Made by a program: the position numbers and the translations under genes. Shown one piece after another: positions 8,783 through 18,987 of a stretch of 64,000 nucleotides of DNA. Numbering within the stretch: position 1 is the first letter of the stretch; each line of letters starts with the position of its first letter. The notes under the pieces are model-generated. The model was given only the letters and a program-made list of their open reading frames with translations. It was not told where the DNA came from and searched no databases. The DNA is from Oligoflexales bacterium (lineage in GTDB: Bacteria > Bdellovibrionota_B > Oligoflexia > Oligoflexales > JAPPIL01): contig OZ244057.1 of NCBI GenBank assembly GCA_965215515.1, forward strand, positions 320,001-384,000, written 5' to 3'.

Positions 8783-8972
8783 GACTGTCGTCCCCTAACA
8801 TCGCGTTCAGCTATCGGCGAGTTGTGTGATCACCGTAAGCAAAATTAATTACACCTGTAATATGAAGAGGCTAACTTAAAATCGCCCCTCACGCACGCTG
8901 AAAAAACTCCGTATCAAGAACACGCCGCGCCCAGCCAGAAACCCAGCCTTGTTCTTTTGGCGTGAGACATCT

Positions 8973-10643
8973 ATGATGAGGAAGATTGTTAAAGAAAACT
9001 CTGGAATGGGCAAAAAATACCGACATTGGCAGCCGTTGGCTGAGGGTGTGCCGCGCGATTTTGCTGCCTTGCGACACATGTTGCACAGCAATCGTAACTT
9101 CGCACCCGTTGCCAGTCTGCAGTACGGCGATCACGGGCTTGCCGCGGCACTCGACACGGTGCGACGCGCACTACACACGCACAAAAAAATCGCCTTGTAC
9201 GCCGACTATGATGTCGATGGCACGATGAGTTGCACCAGCTGGATCTGGTTTTTGCGTGCGATCGGTTACCACAACTTCATGCACTATATTCCCTGCCGTT
9301 TTAAGGAAGGCTACGGTGTTAATCTCGCGGCGATCAAGCATCTCGTACAGGACTGCGGTGCACAGCTGATTATCACTATGGATACAGGAATCACCGCTAA
9401 CGTCGAAGCGGCCTGGTGTGCGGAACAGGGAGTGGAGTTTATCTGCACCGACCACCATCTCGTGCAAGCGGAGAAAATGCCAAACTGTGTGATTCTCAAT
9501 CCCAAGCAGCACCCCGATAGCATGTATCAGGAGTTGTGCGGTGCAGGGATCACCTTCGTGTTGTTGCGCGCACTGGCGCGGCACTTCCCTGTCCCACAAG
9601 CGTTGTGGACGGATTTGCTGGCCTTGACAGGTATGGCGACGATTTGCGACCTGGTGCCGCTAAATGCCGTCAACCACAAACTGGCTAAAATGGGTATTCA
9701 AGCACTGACCCGCAGCCAGCGTCCGATTCTGCGCGCCCTGCTGAGCGCGTGTCGGAGCACATACGACCTCGACGAGAGCGATGTCGGGTTTCGTTTGGGG
9801 CCGCGTATCAATGCCGTCGGTCGTCTTGACCATGCCGATGCAGTGATTAAAGCCTTCAGCGAAGAAGACCCTACCGTATTGATCGCACACATGGACAGCT
9901 GCAATGCCGAACGCAAAGAAATTCAGCGCGCTATCGTCAAACACGCCCAACGCACCGCGGCAAAACAGCAAGGTGCACCGCTGTTGTTCATCGGCGGTGA
10001 TTTTCACCCAGGAGTGCTCGGGATCGCGGCGGGACGCATCGCCGAAGACTTCTGGTGCCCGACCTTTCTGTTCAACGACCGCGATCCCCTGTGCAAAGGC
10101 TCAGCTCGTGCCATCGCAGGTTTCGATGTCACCGCCGCAATGCACAGTGCGAGACAGCTGTTGACCAAATTCGGCGGGCATCGCGCCGCAGGTGGTTTTA
10201 GTTTTGCCCGCGCCCAACGCACCGCACTGCACGCAGCCCTACTCGCCTACGCAGAAGAACAGCGCACCGCACAACCCGCGTTATGGGAAAGCCGCATCGA
10301 CTTCGACTGCCAGCTACCCAAAGAACTCTGCACTCTGCGACTGCTCGACCAGTTGGCAGACATGAAACCGTTCGGCATGGGCTTTGCCGAACCGAAATTC
10401 GTCGTGCAAGGTGAGATTATCGCCACGCAGTTTTATCGTGACCGCAACACAGGTGAACCAGCCCACACCGCGGTCAACATCCGCGGTCACAACGCGCGTT
10501 CGACGAAGGTTATTTTCTTCCACGAGGTACACACCGAGCTACAGCAGGCAACGGACGCATCCTTCGTCGTTACCGCCTCTGCCAATAAATTTCGCAACGT
10601 GCCTACCCTTGATTTTATCGGGCGCGATTTTTCTTTGGGATAG
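8973..10643 (+). CDS. recJ: ssDNA-specific exonuclease RecJ
   Basis: DYDVDG, EGYG, DTG, TDHH, GPRINAVGR, KGSAR, FGGHRAAGG and PFGMGF motifs. Start codon uncertain. Confidence 0.95.
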   Translation: MMRKIVKENSGMGKKYRHWQPLAEGVPRDFAALRHMLHSNRNFAPVASLQYGDHGLAAALDTVRRALHTHKKIALYADYDVDGTMSCTSWIWFLRAIGYHNFMHYIPCRFKEGYGVNLAAIKHLVQDCGAQLIITMDTGITANVEAAWCAEQGVEFICTDHHLVQAEKMPNCVILNPKQHPDSMYQELCGAGITFVLLRALARHFPVPQALWTDLLALTGMATICDLVPLNAVNHKLAKMGIQALTRSQRPILRALLSACRSTYDLDESDVGFRLGPRINAVGRLDHADAVIKAFSEEDPTVLIAHMDSCNAERKEIQRAIVKHAQRTAAKQQGAPLLFIGGDFHPGVLGIAAGRIAEDFWCPTFLFNDRDPLCKGSARAIAGFDVTAAMHSARQLLTKFGGHRAAGGFSFARAQRTALHAALLAYAEEQRTAQPALWESRIDFDCQLPKELCTLRLLDQLADMKPFGMGFAEPKFVVQGEIIATQFYRDRNTGEPAHTAVNIRGHNARSTKVIFFHEVHTELQQATDASFVVTASANKFRNVPTLDFIGRDFSLG

Positions 10644-10678
10644 TTCATACGCAAGGCGGCGCTTTTTTTCAACTAGCG

Positions 10679-11536
10679 CTAGGCTACGTGCACCTCCGCT
10701 AACACAGGTGGGTTGCCGCGTTTGAGAATGGCGTAGTTTAAGCCTTGCAAGCATGTGTCGGGAGCGGTTGAACCGCATCGGTAGAGTTGCAGCAAAAAAC
10801 GCAGACGTGCCCGTGCCTGTGGCACAGACTCGGCATGCAGGGTGGTCAGCAAGCCGAGGTGTCCTACCGTCAGTGCCTTGACAAAGGCCACGATCTCCTG
10901 TCCTCGCAGCTCGCCGAGGACAAAGCGGTCGGGACGCAGGCGTAACATTTCTTCCAGCAGTGTCTCTAATTTTACCTCGCCATCGCCTGCGATCCCTTGT
11001 GCAAGTGCTTGACACCGCACCCAGAGACGGGAGGAACACGGCAGTTCGACGAGAGACTCTACAATCATTACCCGCTCTTGTGTGCACATTTGCCGCAGTA
11101 GGGTAGCGAGAAAAGTCGTCTTCCCGCTCGCGGTGGCCCCACAGATGAGCAGTGGCTTGCCCTGTGCGATCAAACGCCGACATTGCGGCAACAGTGCTTG
11201 TGGATCGTGAAAATTTTGCAAGTTCAAGGCAGCAAAAGCGTGCTTACGTACCGAGAGAATGGGGCCGTCGATGGCCACGGGCGGGATAAGACAGTGCCAG
11301 CGCAAACTGTATCTTTCCAGTAACCCACCGCTGAAGGGTTTGCGAGGATCGAGCCGCACACCCTGTGCGAAAGCAAAATCTTGCAGCCAACGCACCATCT
11401 CGTCTCTGGCCTGAAAAATCGAATCGTGCACCGTGCGTCCCTCTTGACTGATCACAGTCAGCGAAGCTGTGCCGTTGATCAATACTTCCATGACGGTAGG
11501 GTCGGTGAAAAATTCACGCAGACGAGCGATGCTCAT
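10679..11536 (-). CDS. CpaF/TadA/VirB11-family secretion ATPase
   Basis: EVLING, GPILSVRK, Walker A GATASGKTT, LRLRPDRFVLGELRG, GHLGLLTTLHA. ATGA overlap with the dprA stop. Confidence 0.85.
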   Translation of the reverse strand: MSIARLREFFTDPTVMEVLINGTASLTVISQEGRTVHDSIFQARDEMVRWLQDFAFAQGVRLDPRKPFSGGLLERYSLRWHCLIPPVAIDGPILSVRKHAFAALNLQNFHDPQALLPQCRRLIAQGKPLLICGATASGKTTFLATLLRQMCTQERVMIVESLVELPCSSRLWVRCQALAQGIAGDGEVKLETLLEEMLRLRPDRFVLGELRGQEIVAFVKALTVGHLGLLTTLHAESVPQARARLRFLLQLYRCGSTAPDTCLQGLNYAILKRGNPPVLAEVHVA

Positions 11537-12483
11537 GTCAGTGCCTCCTGTTGCCAAAAAGATGCCGTGGCAAAGCTGGGTGCGCCCTCTGCGATCAGGC
11601 GTTGACCGCCTGCGGTGCGCACATCGCACGGGTGCTGCAACACCCACACTTCAGCGCCCTGATTGAGACTCATACCCGCAGTCAGCAGTGCACCAGAACG
11701 TTCGCTCGCCTCCATCACCATCAAGGTCGGCGCTAAACCCGCGATAACGCGATTGCGGATAGGGAAATCGCTAGGGCGGCTAGGTGAGTGCCACAGTCGC
11801 TCGCTGACGAACAGCGCCCCTTGCTGCAAGAGGGTGCGGAAAACACCAGCATTGCCGTATGGATGCAGTGAGCTCAGACCGCCAGCGAACACCACAATGG
11901 CGGGCACGGGCGCGACGGAGGTAGCCAGCGCGCCGCGATGGGCAGCGATGTCGCAGCCGTATGCTCCTCCGCTGACCACCACCCATCCTCGTTGCGCCGC
12001 GATACGTCCGAGTGCGAACGACTCGTGCAGGCCGCGGGGCGAAGCTTTGCGTGAACCGACCACTGCAACGGAGGGGCGTGTCAGCAACGACGTGTTGCCG
12101 AGCGCAGTCAAAGCCAGCGGCGGGTCGGGGATGGTACGCAAGCGGGCGGGATACAAGCGATCTCCCCAGACGATGATCTGTGCCCCCCGCCGTGCACAGC
12201 TTTGCACGTGCTTATGCAGCAGTTGCGCCAGTGTGGTGTGCTGGCGCAGGGCTCGGCGTAAGGGCGAGTGAGGGAACATGTCCCGCCACCGACCGTCCAA
12301 CATCCACACCAGTTCTTGCCAAGCGTTGCACGACAGCTCCCGCATGGCAACACCGTGCCCCCGCCAGCCTGGTAACACAGTATAGACATCCTGCAGCTTG
12401 TCGGGATGTAGCCAGCAGTAGGTCTGTTGGGAGGCGGCGTGCACCACCATCTTCAACACACGTAATTCCTGTTCGTCCACCAT
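11533..12483 (-). CDS. dprA: DNA-processing protein DprA
   Basis: YPARLRTIPDPP, VAVVGSR, VVSGGAYGCDIAAHRGAL, FPIRNRVIAG, SGALLTA. Confidence 0.92.
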   Translation of the reverse strand: MVDEQELRVLKMVVHAASQQTYCWLHPDKLQDVYTVLPGWRGHGVAMRELSCNAWQELVWMLDGRWRDMFPHSPLRRALRQHTTLAQLLHKHVQSCARRGAQIIVWGDRLYPARLRTIPDPPLALTALGNTSLLTRPSVAVVGSRKASPRGLHESFALGRIAAQRGWVVVSGGAYGCDIAAHRGALATSVAPVPAIVVFAGGLSSLHPYGNAGVFRTLLQQGALFVSERLWHSPSRPSDFPIRNRVIAGLAPTLMVMEASERSGALLTAGMSLNQGAEVWVLQHPCDVRTAGGQRLIAEGAPSFATASFWQQEALT

Positions 12484-12772
12484 CGCTAGTCTCCACAGTC
12501 TTCGCTGATAATCTCCTACCGTAGCCGAAAAACGAACCACGCACCGCTGAGTTTTGTGCGAGGAGACAGAAAAAATTATTTTTATCTTCCCCTATCACCT
12601 CAGTTATGTCTTATGATATGGTGGCAGGGAGCGGGGCGTTTTTTCTGCGTTTAGGTGCGATTCTGGCTTGCACTTGTCTTCAGCTTTGAGTTAACAGATG
12701 CCATCTGGCGTTGTGCCTCGCCGCACTCAGCGGGTGTGTGCGGCACGAAGGGCGGTGTCGATTTGCAGGTGA

Positions 12773-14092
12773 GTGGTGAATAAAGAACGGCAGTCAGCGG
12801 TTTCTGGCAGAAGATCGGATGCGGATGTGGGCGACAAGGTTAACCTCAAGGATCTCAAGAAGCTGCGCATTTCCGAGTTGAACCGCATGGCGAAGGACTT
12901 GGGGGTTGACGGCGCAAACAGTATGCGCAAGCAAGAGTTGATCTTCTCGCTGTTACAGGCGCAGTCCGAAAAGGGCGGGCATATTTACGGTGAAGGTGTG
13001 TTGGAGACCTTGCCTGATGGTTTTGGTTTTTTGCGTGCCCCCGACTACAACTATCTGCCTGGCCCTGATGACATTTATGTCTCGCCTTCGCAGATTCGGC
13101 GTTTCAATCTGCGCACGGGCGATACGGTGTCGGGGCAGATTCGTCCACCGAAGGACAGCGAGCGCTATTTTGCTTTGCTGAAGGTAGAGCGTGTCAACGG
13201 CGAGTCGCCCAATCCTGATTTTGAGAAAATTATTTTTGATAATCTCACTCCGTTGTATCCGCTGGAGCGTTTTCAGATGGAGATCGACGGTCCTGGTTCG
13301 ACGTTTTCCTGTCGTATACTTGATTTGATGATTCCCATCGGCAGGGGACAGCGGTCGTTGATTGTCGCACCGCCACGTACGGGCAAGACGATTTTGTTGC
13401 AGAACATTGCCAATTCGCTAGCGAAAAACCATCCGCAGTGTGTGTTGATCGTGTTGTTGATCGACGAGCGTCCCGAAGAGGTTACTGACATGGAACGTTC
13501 GGTACGGGGTGAGGTGATCAGTTCGACCTTCGACGAACCTGCGCAGCGACATGTGCAGGTGGCGGAGATGGTCATCGAGAAGGCCAAGCGTTTGGTGGAG
13601 TACAAGCACGATGTGGTAATTTTACTAGACTCGATCACTCGTCTGGCGCGTGCTTACAATTCGGTTGTGCCGCCGTCGGGCAAGATTCTTTCGGGTGGTG
13701 TTGATTCCAATGCCTTACACAAGCCGAAGCGTTTTTTTGGTGCGGCCCGTAACATCGAGGAGGGCGGCTCGCTGACGATTATCTCCACGGCGTTGGTCGA
13801 CACGGGTTCACGTATGGATGAGGTGATTTTCGAGGAATTCAAGGGCACAGGCAACATGGAGGTGCATCTCGATCGTCGACTTGTCGAGAAGCGTATCTAT
13901 CCGACGATCGATATCAACAAGTCGGGGACACGCAAGGAGGAGTTGTTGTTGCCGAAGGATGTGCTCAACCGCATGTGGATTTTGCGCAAGTTGTTGCAAC
14001 CGCTCAACACTGTCGACGCGATGGTATTTTTGCTCGACAAGATGGAGAAGACCAAGACCAACGCGGAATTTTTGGAAATGATGAACAGCTGA
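12773..14092 (+). CDS. rho: Transcription termination factor Rho
   Basis: [49 protein letters not shown]. Confidence 0.99.
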   Translation: MVNKERQSAVSGRRSDADVGDKVNLKDLKKLRISELNRMAKDLGVDGANSMRKQELIFSLLQAQSEKGGHIYGEGVLETLPDGFGFLRAPDYNYLPGPDDIYVSPSQIRRFNLRTGDTVSGQIRPPKDSERYFALLKVERVNGESPNPDFEKIIFDNLTPLYPLERFQMEIDGPGSTFSCRILDLMIPIGRGQRSLIVAPPRTGKTILLQNIANSLAKNHPQCVLIVLLIDERPEEVTDMERSVRGEVISSTFDEPAQRHVQVAEMVIEKAKRLVEYKHDVVILLDSITRLARAYNSVVPPSGKILSGGVDSNALHKPKRFFGAARNIEEGGSLTIISTALVDTGSRMDEVIFEEFKGTGNMEVHLDRRLVEKRIYPTIDINKSGTRKEELLLPKDVLNRMWILRKLLQPLNTVDAMVFLLDKMEKTKTNAEFLEMMNS

Positions 14093-14099
14093 GGGCGAC

Positions 14100-14315
14100 G
14101 TGAAAGAAGACATTCACCCGCAGATGTTTCCCGTTACTATCAGATGTGCGTGCGGGGCGACGTTCGTGACTGTCTCGACGCTGCCAGAGGTTACGGTGGA
14201 GATTTGCAGTGCCTGTCACCCTCTGTTCACGGGCAAGCAAAAGCTCGTCGATACTGCGGGTCGCATCGAGAAATTCGAGCGCAAATACGGTAAGCGCAAG
14301 TCCGCCCAGAAATAA
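14100..14315 (+). CDS. rpmE: 50S ribosomal protein L31 (Zn-binding type)
   Basis: [35 protein letters not shown]. Confidence 0.98.
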   Translation: MKEDIHPQMFPVTIRCACGATFVTVSTLPEVTVEICSACHPLFTGKQKLVDTAGRIEKFERKYGKRKSAQK

Positions 14316-15379
14316 TGTTTGCCAAACTCGACGGTGTGAGTCGACGCTTCGCCGAGATTGAAGCGGAGTTGCTCAAGCCAGACCTCAGCCGCGATCGTCT
14401 ACGGGAGTTGTCGCAAGAGCGAGCCGCGCTGGGAGAAGTTGTCAGCACTTATCGTGCCTACAAGCAGTTGTTGGCCGAGAAGGAAGCGGCCACTACGATG
14501 CTGCGGCAGGAGAGCGACACGGAGCTGAAAGCACTTGCCAAGGAGGAACTTGACAGTTTACAGAGTAAGCTGGAGGCGATGCAGCGACGGTTGATGCTGC
14601 TGTTGCTGCCCCAAGATCCCCGTGACAAAAAAAACGTACTATTGGAGATTCGGGCGGGCACGGGTGGTGAGGAGGCTTCGTTGTTTGCCGCGGATTTGTT
14701 TCGTATGTATCAGCGTTATGCCGATCGCGTGGGTTGGCGGACGGAACGTTTGAGTGCCACGCTGTCGGCCAACGGCGGTTTCAAGGAATTGGTCGTGCTG
14801 ATCAGCGGCAAGGATGTCTTCAGTCGTTTGAAGTTCGAGCGGGGTGTGCATCGTGTGCAACGTGTGCCTGTCACCGAATCACAGGGACGGGTGCACACCA
14901 GTGCCTGCACGGTGGCGGTCATGCCCGAAGCGGATGACATCGACATCAAGCTCGACCCTGCCGATCTCGACATCAGTGTTTGTCGTGCTTCGGGGGCGGG
15001 GGGACAGCATGTCAATACTACCGACTCGGCGGTGCGTATCGTGCATAGGCCGAGTGGCTTGGCGGTCGAGTGTCAGGATGAGCGTTCACAACACAAAAAC
15101 AGGGCGCGTGCTATAAAAATACTGCAAGCACGTTTACTGGAGAAGGCAGAGATCGAGCAGCGTGCCTCGCTCAGTGCCGAGCGCAAACAACAAATCGGAC
15201 GTGGCGATCGCAGCGAAAAAATTCGCACTTACAATTTTCCACAACGGCGACTCAGCGACCATCGTATCAATCTTACCCTTTACCGTCTGGAAGAAATCAT
15301 GAACGGCGACTTGCAGGAAATCATCGATGCGTTGCACACCGATCACACGGCACGTCTACTGCAGCAGTCAGGTGAGTGA
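14315..15379 (+). CDS. prfA: Peptide chain release factor 1
   Basis: GTGGEEA, PVT anticodon motif, GAGGQHVN, RSEKIRTYNFPQ. Confidence 0.98.
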   Translation: MFAKLDGVSRRFAEIEAELLKPDLSRDRLRELSQERAALGEVVSTYRAYKQLLAEKEAATTMLRQESDTELKALAKEELDSLQSKLEAMQRRLMLLLLPQDPRDKKNVLLEIRAGTGGEEASLFAADLFRMYQRYADRVGWRTERLSATLSANGGFKELVVLISGKDVFSRLKFERGVHRVQRVPVTESQGRVHTSACTVAVMPEADDIDIKLDPADLDISVCRASGAGGQHVNTTDSAVRIVHRPSGLAVECQDERSQHKNRARAIKILQARLLEKAEIEQRASLSAERKQQIGRGDRSEKIRTYNFPQRRLSDHRINLTLYRLEEIMNGDLQEIIDALHTDHTARLLQQSGE

Positions 15380-15382
15380 GGA

Positions 15383-15790
15383 GTGCCCGTGCGCGAGATA
15401 CTGACCTCGTCGCGATTGCCCGCGACGGCTTTCCACTACAGCTCGATGGTTAAGTGCGGTTCGTTCTACCAAATGGCAGGGCAGATCGGTATCGACATCG
15501 ACAGCGGCAAACTCGTCGACGGCGGAACTTACGCCGAAACCCGCACCATCCTGCACAACATGCAGGCCAGCCTGCCAGACTTCGGCCTCACCCTCGACAA
15601 CCTCATCCACGCGACGATTTTCTGCGCCTGTTTCGAGGAGTTCCACCTCGTCAACCGAGCTTGGGAGGAAATATTCGTCACCACCACCCCTCCCACACGC
15701 AGTGCCGTCGGAGTTAGCCGCCTGCCACGCGACGCACACATCGAAATCGAATTTCGCTTCTACCGAGCAACCACGCGAGGCACACCATGA
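15383..15790 (+). CDS. RidA/YjgF family protein
   Basis: YS...MAGQIG, VNRAWEEIF, PTRSAVGVSRLP...IEIE. Confidence 0.9.
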   Translation: MPVREILTSSRLPATAFHYSSMVKCGSFYQMAGQIGIDIDSGKLVDGGTYAETRTILHNMQASLPDFGLTLDNLIHATIFCACFEEFHLVNRAWEEIFVTTTPPTRSAVGVSRLPRDAHIEIEFRFYRATTRGTP

Positions 15791-16800
15791 CCGCCACCCA
15801 CGTCATCGGGATAGATGTCGGCGGCAGCAAAATAGAATGTGCCCTGGTGCAGATAAAAAAAGACTACCACAACTGGCTGCATACCCCTCCCCACGACTAT
15901 ACGGATACCTTCGCTATCATCAGCCGCGAGCGCGTCGATACCGCCAGAGAACAAGGCTATACCCAACTGGTCAAAAAAATTTCCCAACTCATCAGCAAAG
16001 CCTGTCAGCGACACCGAATCACCCTCGACCAGCTCGCTGGTATCGGTGTCGGCCTTCCTGGCGCAGTGGACAACACAATGCAGATGGTCAACGGCAATAC
16101 CCTCGTCCTAATCGGCAAAGACCTGCGCCACGACCTCAGCTCAGCACTTAACTTCAAAGGCAAGTGCATCTGCGAAAACGATGCCAACTGTTTCGTCTTC
16201 GCCGAAGCGATGGGCAACATCGGCATCGACTTTCACCATCGACGCGGCGTGCCCCTCACCCAACAAATAGCCATCGGAGTGATTCTCGGCACAGGACTCG
16301 GCGGCGGACTCTTCTACCACGGGCACATGTTCAGAGGGAAAGACAACTCAGCCCTGGAACTAGGACACCGCACCTTCGTCAGAGACGGCAAGATGTGCTA
16401 CTGCGGACGCAGGGGCTGCGCCGAACAATACCTCTCAGGCTCGGCGCTGGAAGCAAACTTCAACCAACACCGCCCCGCCTACGCCCAACAACAGCTGCAA
16501 GCCGCCGCTATCTTTGCGCTGGAGAAAAAAAAAGACCCCGCCGCACTCGCAGCCATCAACCAATACCGCCAACATCTAGCACAACTGCTGGCCGATCTCA
16601 GCAACACCTTCGACCCCCACTACATCGTGTTCGGAGGAGGGATAAGTAGACAAACAACCATCTACCAAACCCTCGCCGCAGACATGCAGCGAGAACTATT
16701 CGTCAAAAAAAATCCGCCGCAACTGAGAGCCAACGAACTCGGCGATTCCTCAGGAGTGTTCGGTGCGGCACTGCTACCGCTGTTCGTGGGGGAAGAGTAA
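15787..16800 (+). CDS. ROK family sugar kinase
   Basis: GIDVGGSK, ENDAN, GTGLGGG, ELGH, CYCGRRGCAE. Confidence 0.93.
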   Translation: MTATHVIGIDVGGSKIECALVQIKKDYHNWLHTPPHDYTDTFAIISRERVDTAREQGYTQLVKKISQLISKACQRHRITLDQLAGIGVGLPGAVDNTMQMVNGNTLVLIGKDLRHDLSSALNFKGKCICENDANCFVFAEAMGNIGIDFHHRRGVPLTQQIAIGVILGTGLGGGLFYHGHMFRGKDNSALELGHRTFVRDGKMCYCGRRGCAEQYLSGSALEANFNQHRPAYAQQQLQAAAIFALEKKKDPAALAAINQYRQHLAQLLADLSNTFDPHYIVFGGGISRQTTIYQTLAADMQRELFVKKNPPQLRANELGDSSGVFGAALLPLFVGEE

Positions 16801-16852
16801 GCCAGGCTTGTTTGCCGCTTGCTAGCTCCTTGCCGCTTGCTAGCTCCGCCCC
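16801..16852. repeat. Short dispersed element with an internal 18-bp tandem duplication; homologous to the dapD repeat unit
   Basis: TTGCCGCTTGCTAGCTCC occurs twice (16812-16847). With one copy removed it is 32/34 identical to 30791-30824. Confidence 0.85.
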
Positions 16853-16866
16853 CAGGGTCAGACTTG

Positions 16867-17229
16867 TCAGCCGCGACGGCGGCCAACTCTGGTGAGGGTT
16901 TTTTTTGTTGGCCTGCCGCGCCCTCTTGTCGCGGTTTTTTTCGTAGTTAACTTTTTGGCAGCTGTTTTTTTGGCTGGCCTGCCGCGTTTTTTAGCAACAG
17001 TCTTGCGCACTGCAGCCTTCTTGGCGGATCTGCTGCGTTTCTTGGCAACAGTCTTCTTCGTGGTGCGCCCTACCGTCGCCTTCTTTCTAACTACAGGACG
17101 CTTCTTGGTTGCCGTTTTTTTCTTCGCGGGCGCAGGCTTTCTAGCCACAGTGGCTTTTTTGCCTACCGCAGATTTTCTTCTGCCCGCAACCTTTTTCCTC
17201 GCCACTGTTTTTTTCTTTTTCCCGATCAA
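16867..17229 (-). CDS. Histone H1-like (Hc2-like) Lys/Arg/Ala-rich basic protein
   Basis: Repeated TVARKK/TVAKKR/KKAA motifs and GRP/RGRP elements; GGAGG RBS upstream of the TTG start. Confidence 0.8.
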   Translation of the reverse strand: MIGKKKKTVARKKVAGRRKSAVGKKATVARKPAPAKKKTATKKRPVVRKKATVGRTTKKTVAKKRSRSAKKAAVRKTVAKKRGRPAKKTAAKKLTTKKTATRGRGRPTKKTLTRVGRRRG

Positions 17230-17419
17230 AGTCCGATCCTCCCTAGGTTAAACACAGACACCCGCAGAGACACGACCACGGCCTCCTCAAGAGGCTGTCG
17301 AGACAACCTCTTCTTCCATTATCACCTAACCCAAACCCTAACCGCAAATAATTTAAGACGTTTTTTTATTCGCACCCCTAAGCTTTGCGGAGTAAGACTT
17401 GCAAGGACAGTAACAGCCC

Positions 17420-17923
17420 TTATAGTTCCTGGGGAAGCTTGTGGACAACGCTTGTCATACCCAGCGGAACTTCGCTGAGCGGCCGCTGACAGTGCGGATG
17501 CTGCCAACGAGGGGCAATCTCCGCAGCAGGTAACAGAACAAAATCCCGCCATAACATGCGCGGGTGAGGAATTTTTAAATGTGGTAAATTTAACGACTCA
17601 GCCTCGCCGTGCGCGTTTTGCCACAATAAAATATCGAGATCTATCGTGCGATTAGCCCAGCGCGACCTACGCATGCGCCCCAACTGTGCCTCAATCGTCT
17701 GTAACTGTGCCCACAACCCCTGAGGCATAAAACGAGTTTCACAACAGAACACAGCATTGAGAAAACGCCGATCAGCATAACCACCGACCGCTTCCGATTC
17801 GTAGCATGAAGAAACATCAAGTACCGTCCCGCAACAAGCCTGCACCGCACTGAGCGCACGATGGAGATAAGAAACCCTGTCGCCGAGATTCGAACCGATG
17901 CCGATTAAAACCTGACCCGCCAT
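17420..17923 (-). CDS. folK: 2-amino-4-hydroxy-6-hydroxymethyldihydropteridine diphosphokinase
   Basis: IGIGSNLGD, FLNAV, RTIDLDILL, IPHPRM..RDFVL.P. Confidence 0.96.
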   Translation of the reverse strand: MAGQVLIGIGSNLGDRVSYLHRALSAVQACCGTVLDVSSCYESEAVGGYADRRFLNAVFCCETRFMPQGLWAQLQTIEAQLGRMRRSRWANRTIDLDILLWQNAHGEAESLNLPHLKIPHPRMLWRDFVLLPAAEIAPRWQHPHCQRPLSEVPLGMTSVVHKLPQEL

Positions 17924-17962
17924 GCCCTGAAGGTAGCCTCACTGCACGATAAAGTCTACCCA

Positions 17963-18919
17963 CTACAGATACGGCCGCACAAAATCAACAAACCGTGTAG
18001 CACGAATTACCTGCTCGCCATCACAAGCATCAGGAGCACAAACCTTCGATAACTGACAGTCACCCTCGCGATCAAAGACAAAATCCTCTTCCCCACGCGC
18101 CACCAAACCACTGACGATGCCAGTGCGAGCATCGAAAACAGGTGAACCAGAATTACCCGTCCACAGATCGGCATCGATAACAAAATAATCACGCTTATGC
18201 GCCGACCTAACCATGCCATGACTGATTTTGGTCGGCAGACCTAACGGATGACCGATCACCACCATCGTTTCTCCCCGCACAACTTCCCCCCGCTCCCGCA
18301 AGGTAAGTGGTTTCCTGCCCCGTACCGCACGATCGAGACGCAAAACCGCAAAATCTAACCCATCTGCAATTTCGTAAACCCGCGCCAAAACCTCCTGGCA
18401 ATAATAAACAGCACCGTATGGCAAATGCGTCGGATCAACATCACTGCTGTGATAAGAGTAATCGAACACCACCGCGGTCGCCTGACAAGAACCCGCATCG
18501 AGAAAACAATGTGCCGCAGAAACCAAAACATCATCGCCGACTAAAAAACCAGAGCAACTCCCCGCACTAGGCTGTTCCCCATACCTCTCCCCAGCACAAA
18601 GATTGTACCTCTTACCCAATTTCTTCGTGACCAACCGTAAAGAAACTTCCCCGTCCACCAACTCCCGTATCTGCGCACGATCGACCAGCAAAGCCGTCCC
18701 CCTCGCCAACTCCCGCCAACGCTCCGCCGCGAGCTGGTACAGGTCATGACGATCATCCTCACCATAAATTACACGCGGCAACATTTGAGAAAAAAGCCAA
18801 GAACTGCTAATGAAAAAAACGACCGCGGTCAGCAGCGCACCCACAAGCACACGGACGGAAACCAAACCGAAACCCCAAGATGACCGAACGAAACATAACG
18901 CGGCAAAAACTGCCCGCAA
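17963..18919 (-). CDS. Secreted trypsin-like serine protease
   Basis: CSGFLV, SAAHC, DFAVLRL, GHPLG.P, GNSGSPV. Start uncertain. Confidence 0.88.
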   Translation of the reverse strand: MRAVFAALCFVRSSWGFGLVSVRVLVGALLTAVVFFISSSWLFSQMLPRVIYGEDDRHDLYQLAAERWRELARGTALLVDRAQIRELVDGEVSLRLVTKKLGKRYNLCAGERYGEQPSAGSCSGFLVGDDVLVSAAHCFLDAGSCQATAVVFDYSYHSSDVDPTHLPYGAVYYCQEVLARVYEIADGLDFAVLRLDRAVRGRKPLTLRERGEVVRGETMVVIGHPLGLPTKISHGMVRSAHKRDYFVIDADLWTGNSGSPVFDARTGIVSGLVARGEEDFVFDREGDCQLSKVCAPDACDGEQVIRATRFVDFVRPYL

Positions 18920-18987
18920 CGATAGCCCCGTTTGTCACAAGGGTCAAGCCTAAGCCGCGTTGCGAACCGCAAAAAAAAGGAACGACA

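Noticed and set aside
7652..8848. 398-aa ORF on the + strand
   Set aside because: Antisense shadow of the lipoprotein gene; no motifs.
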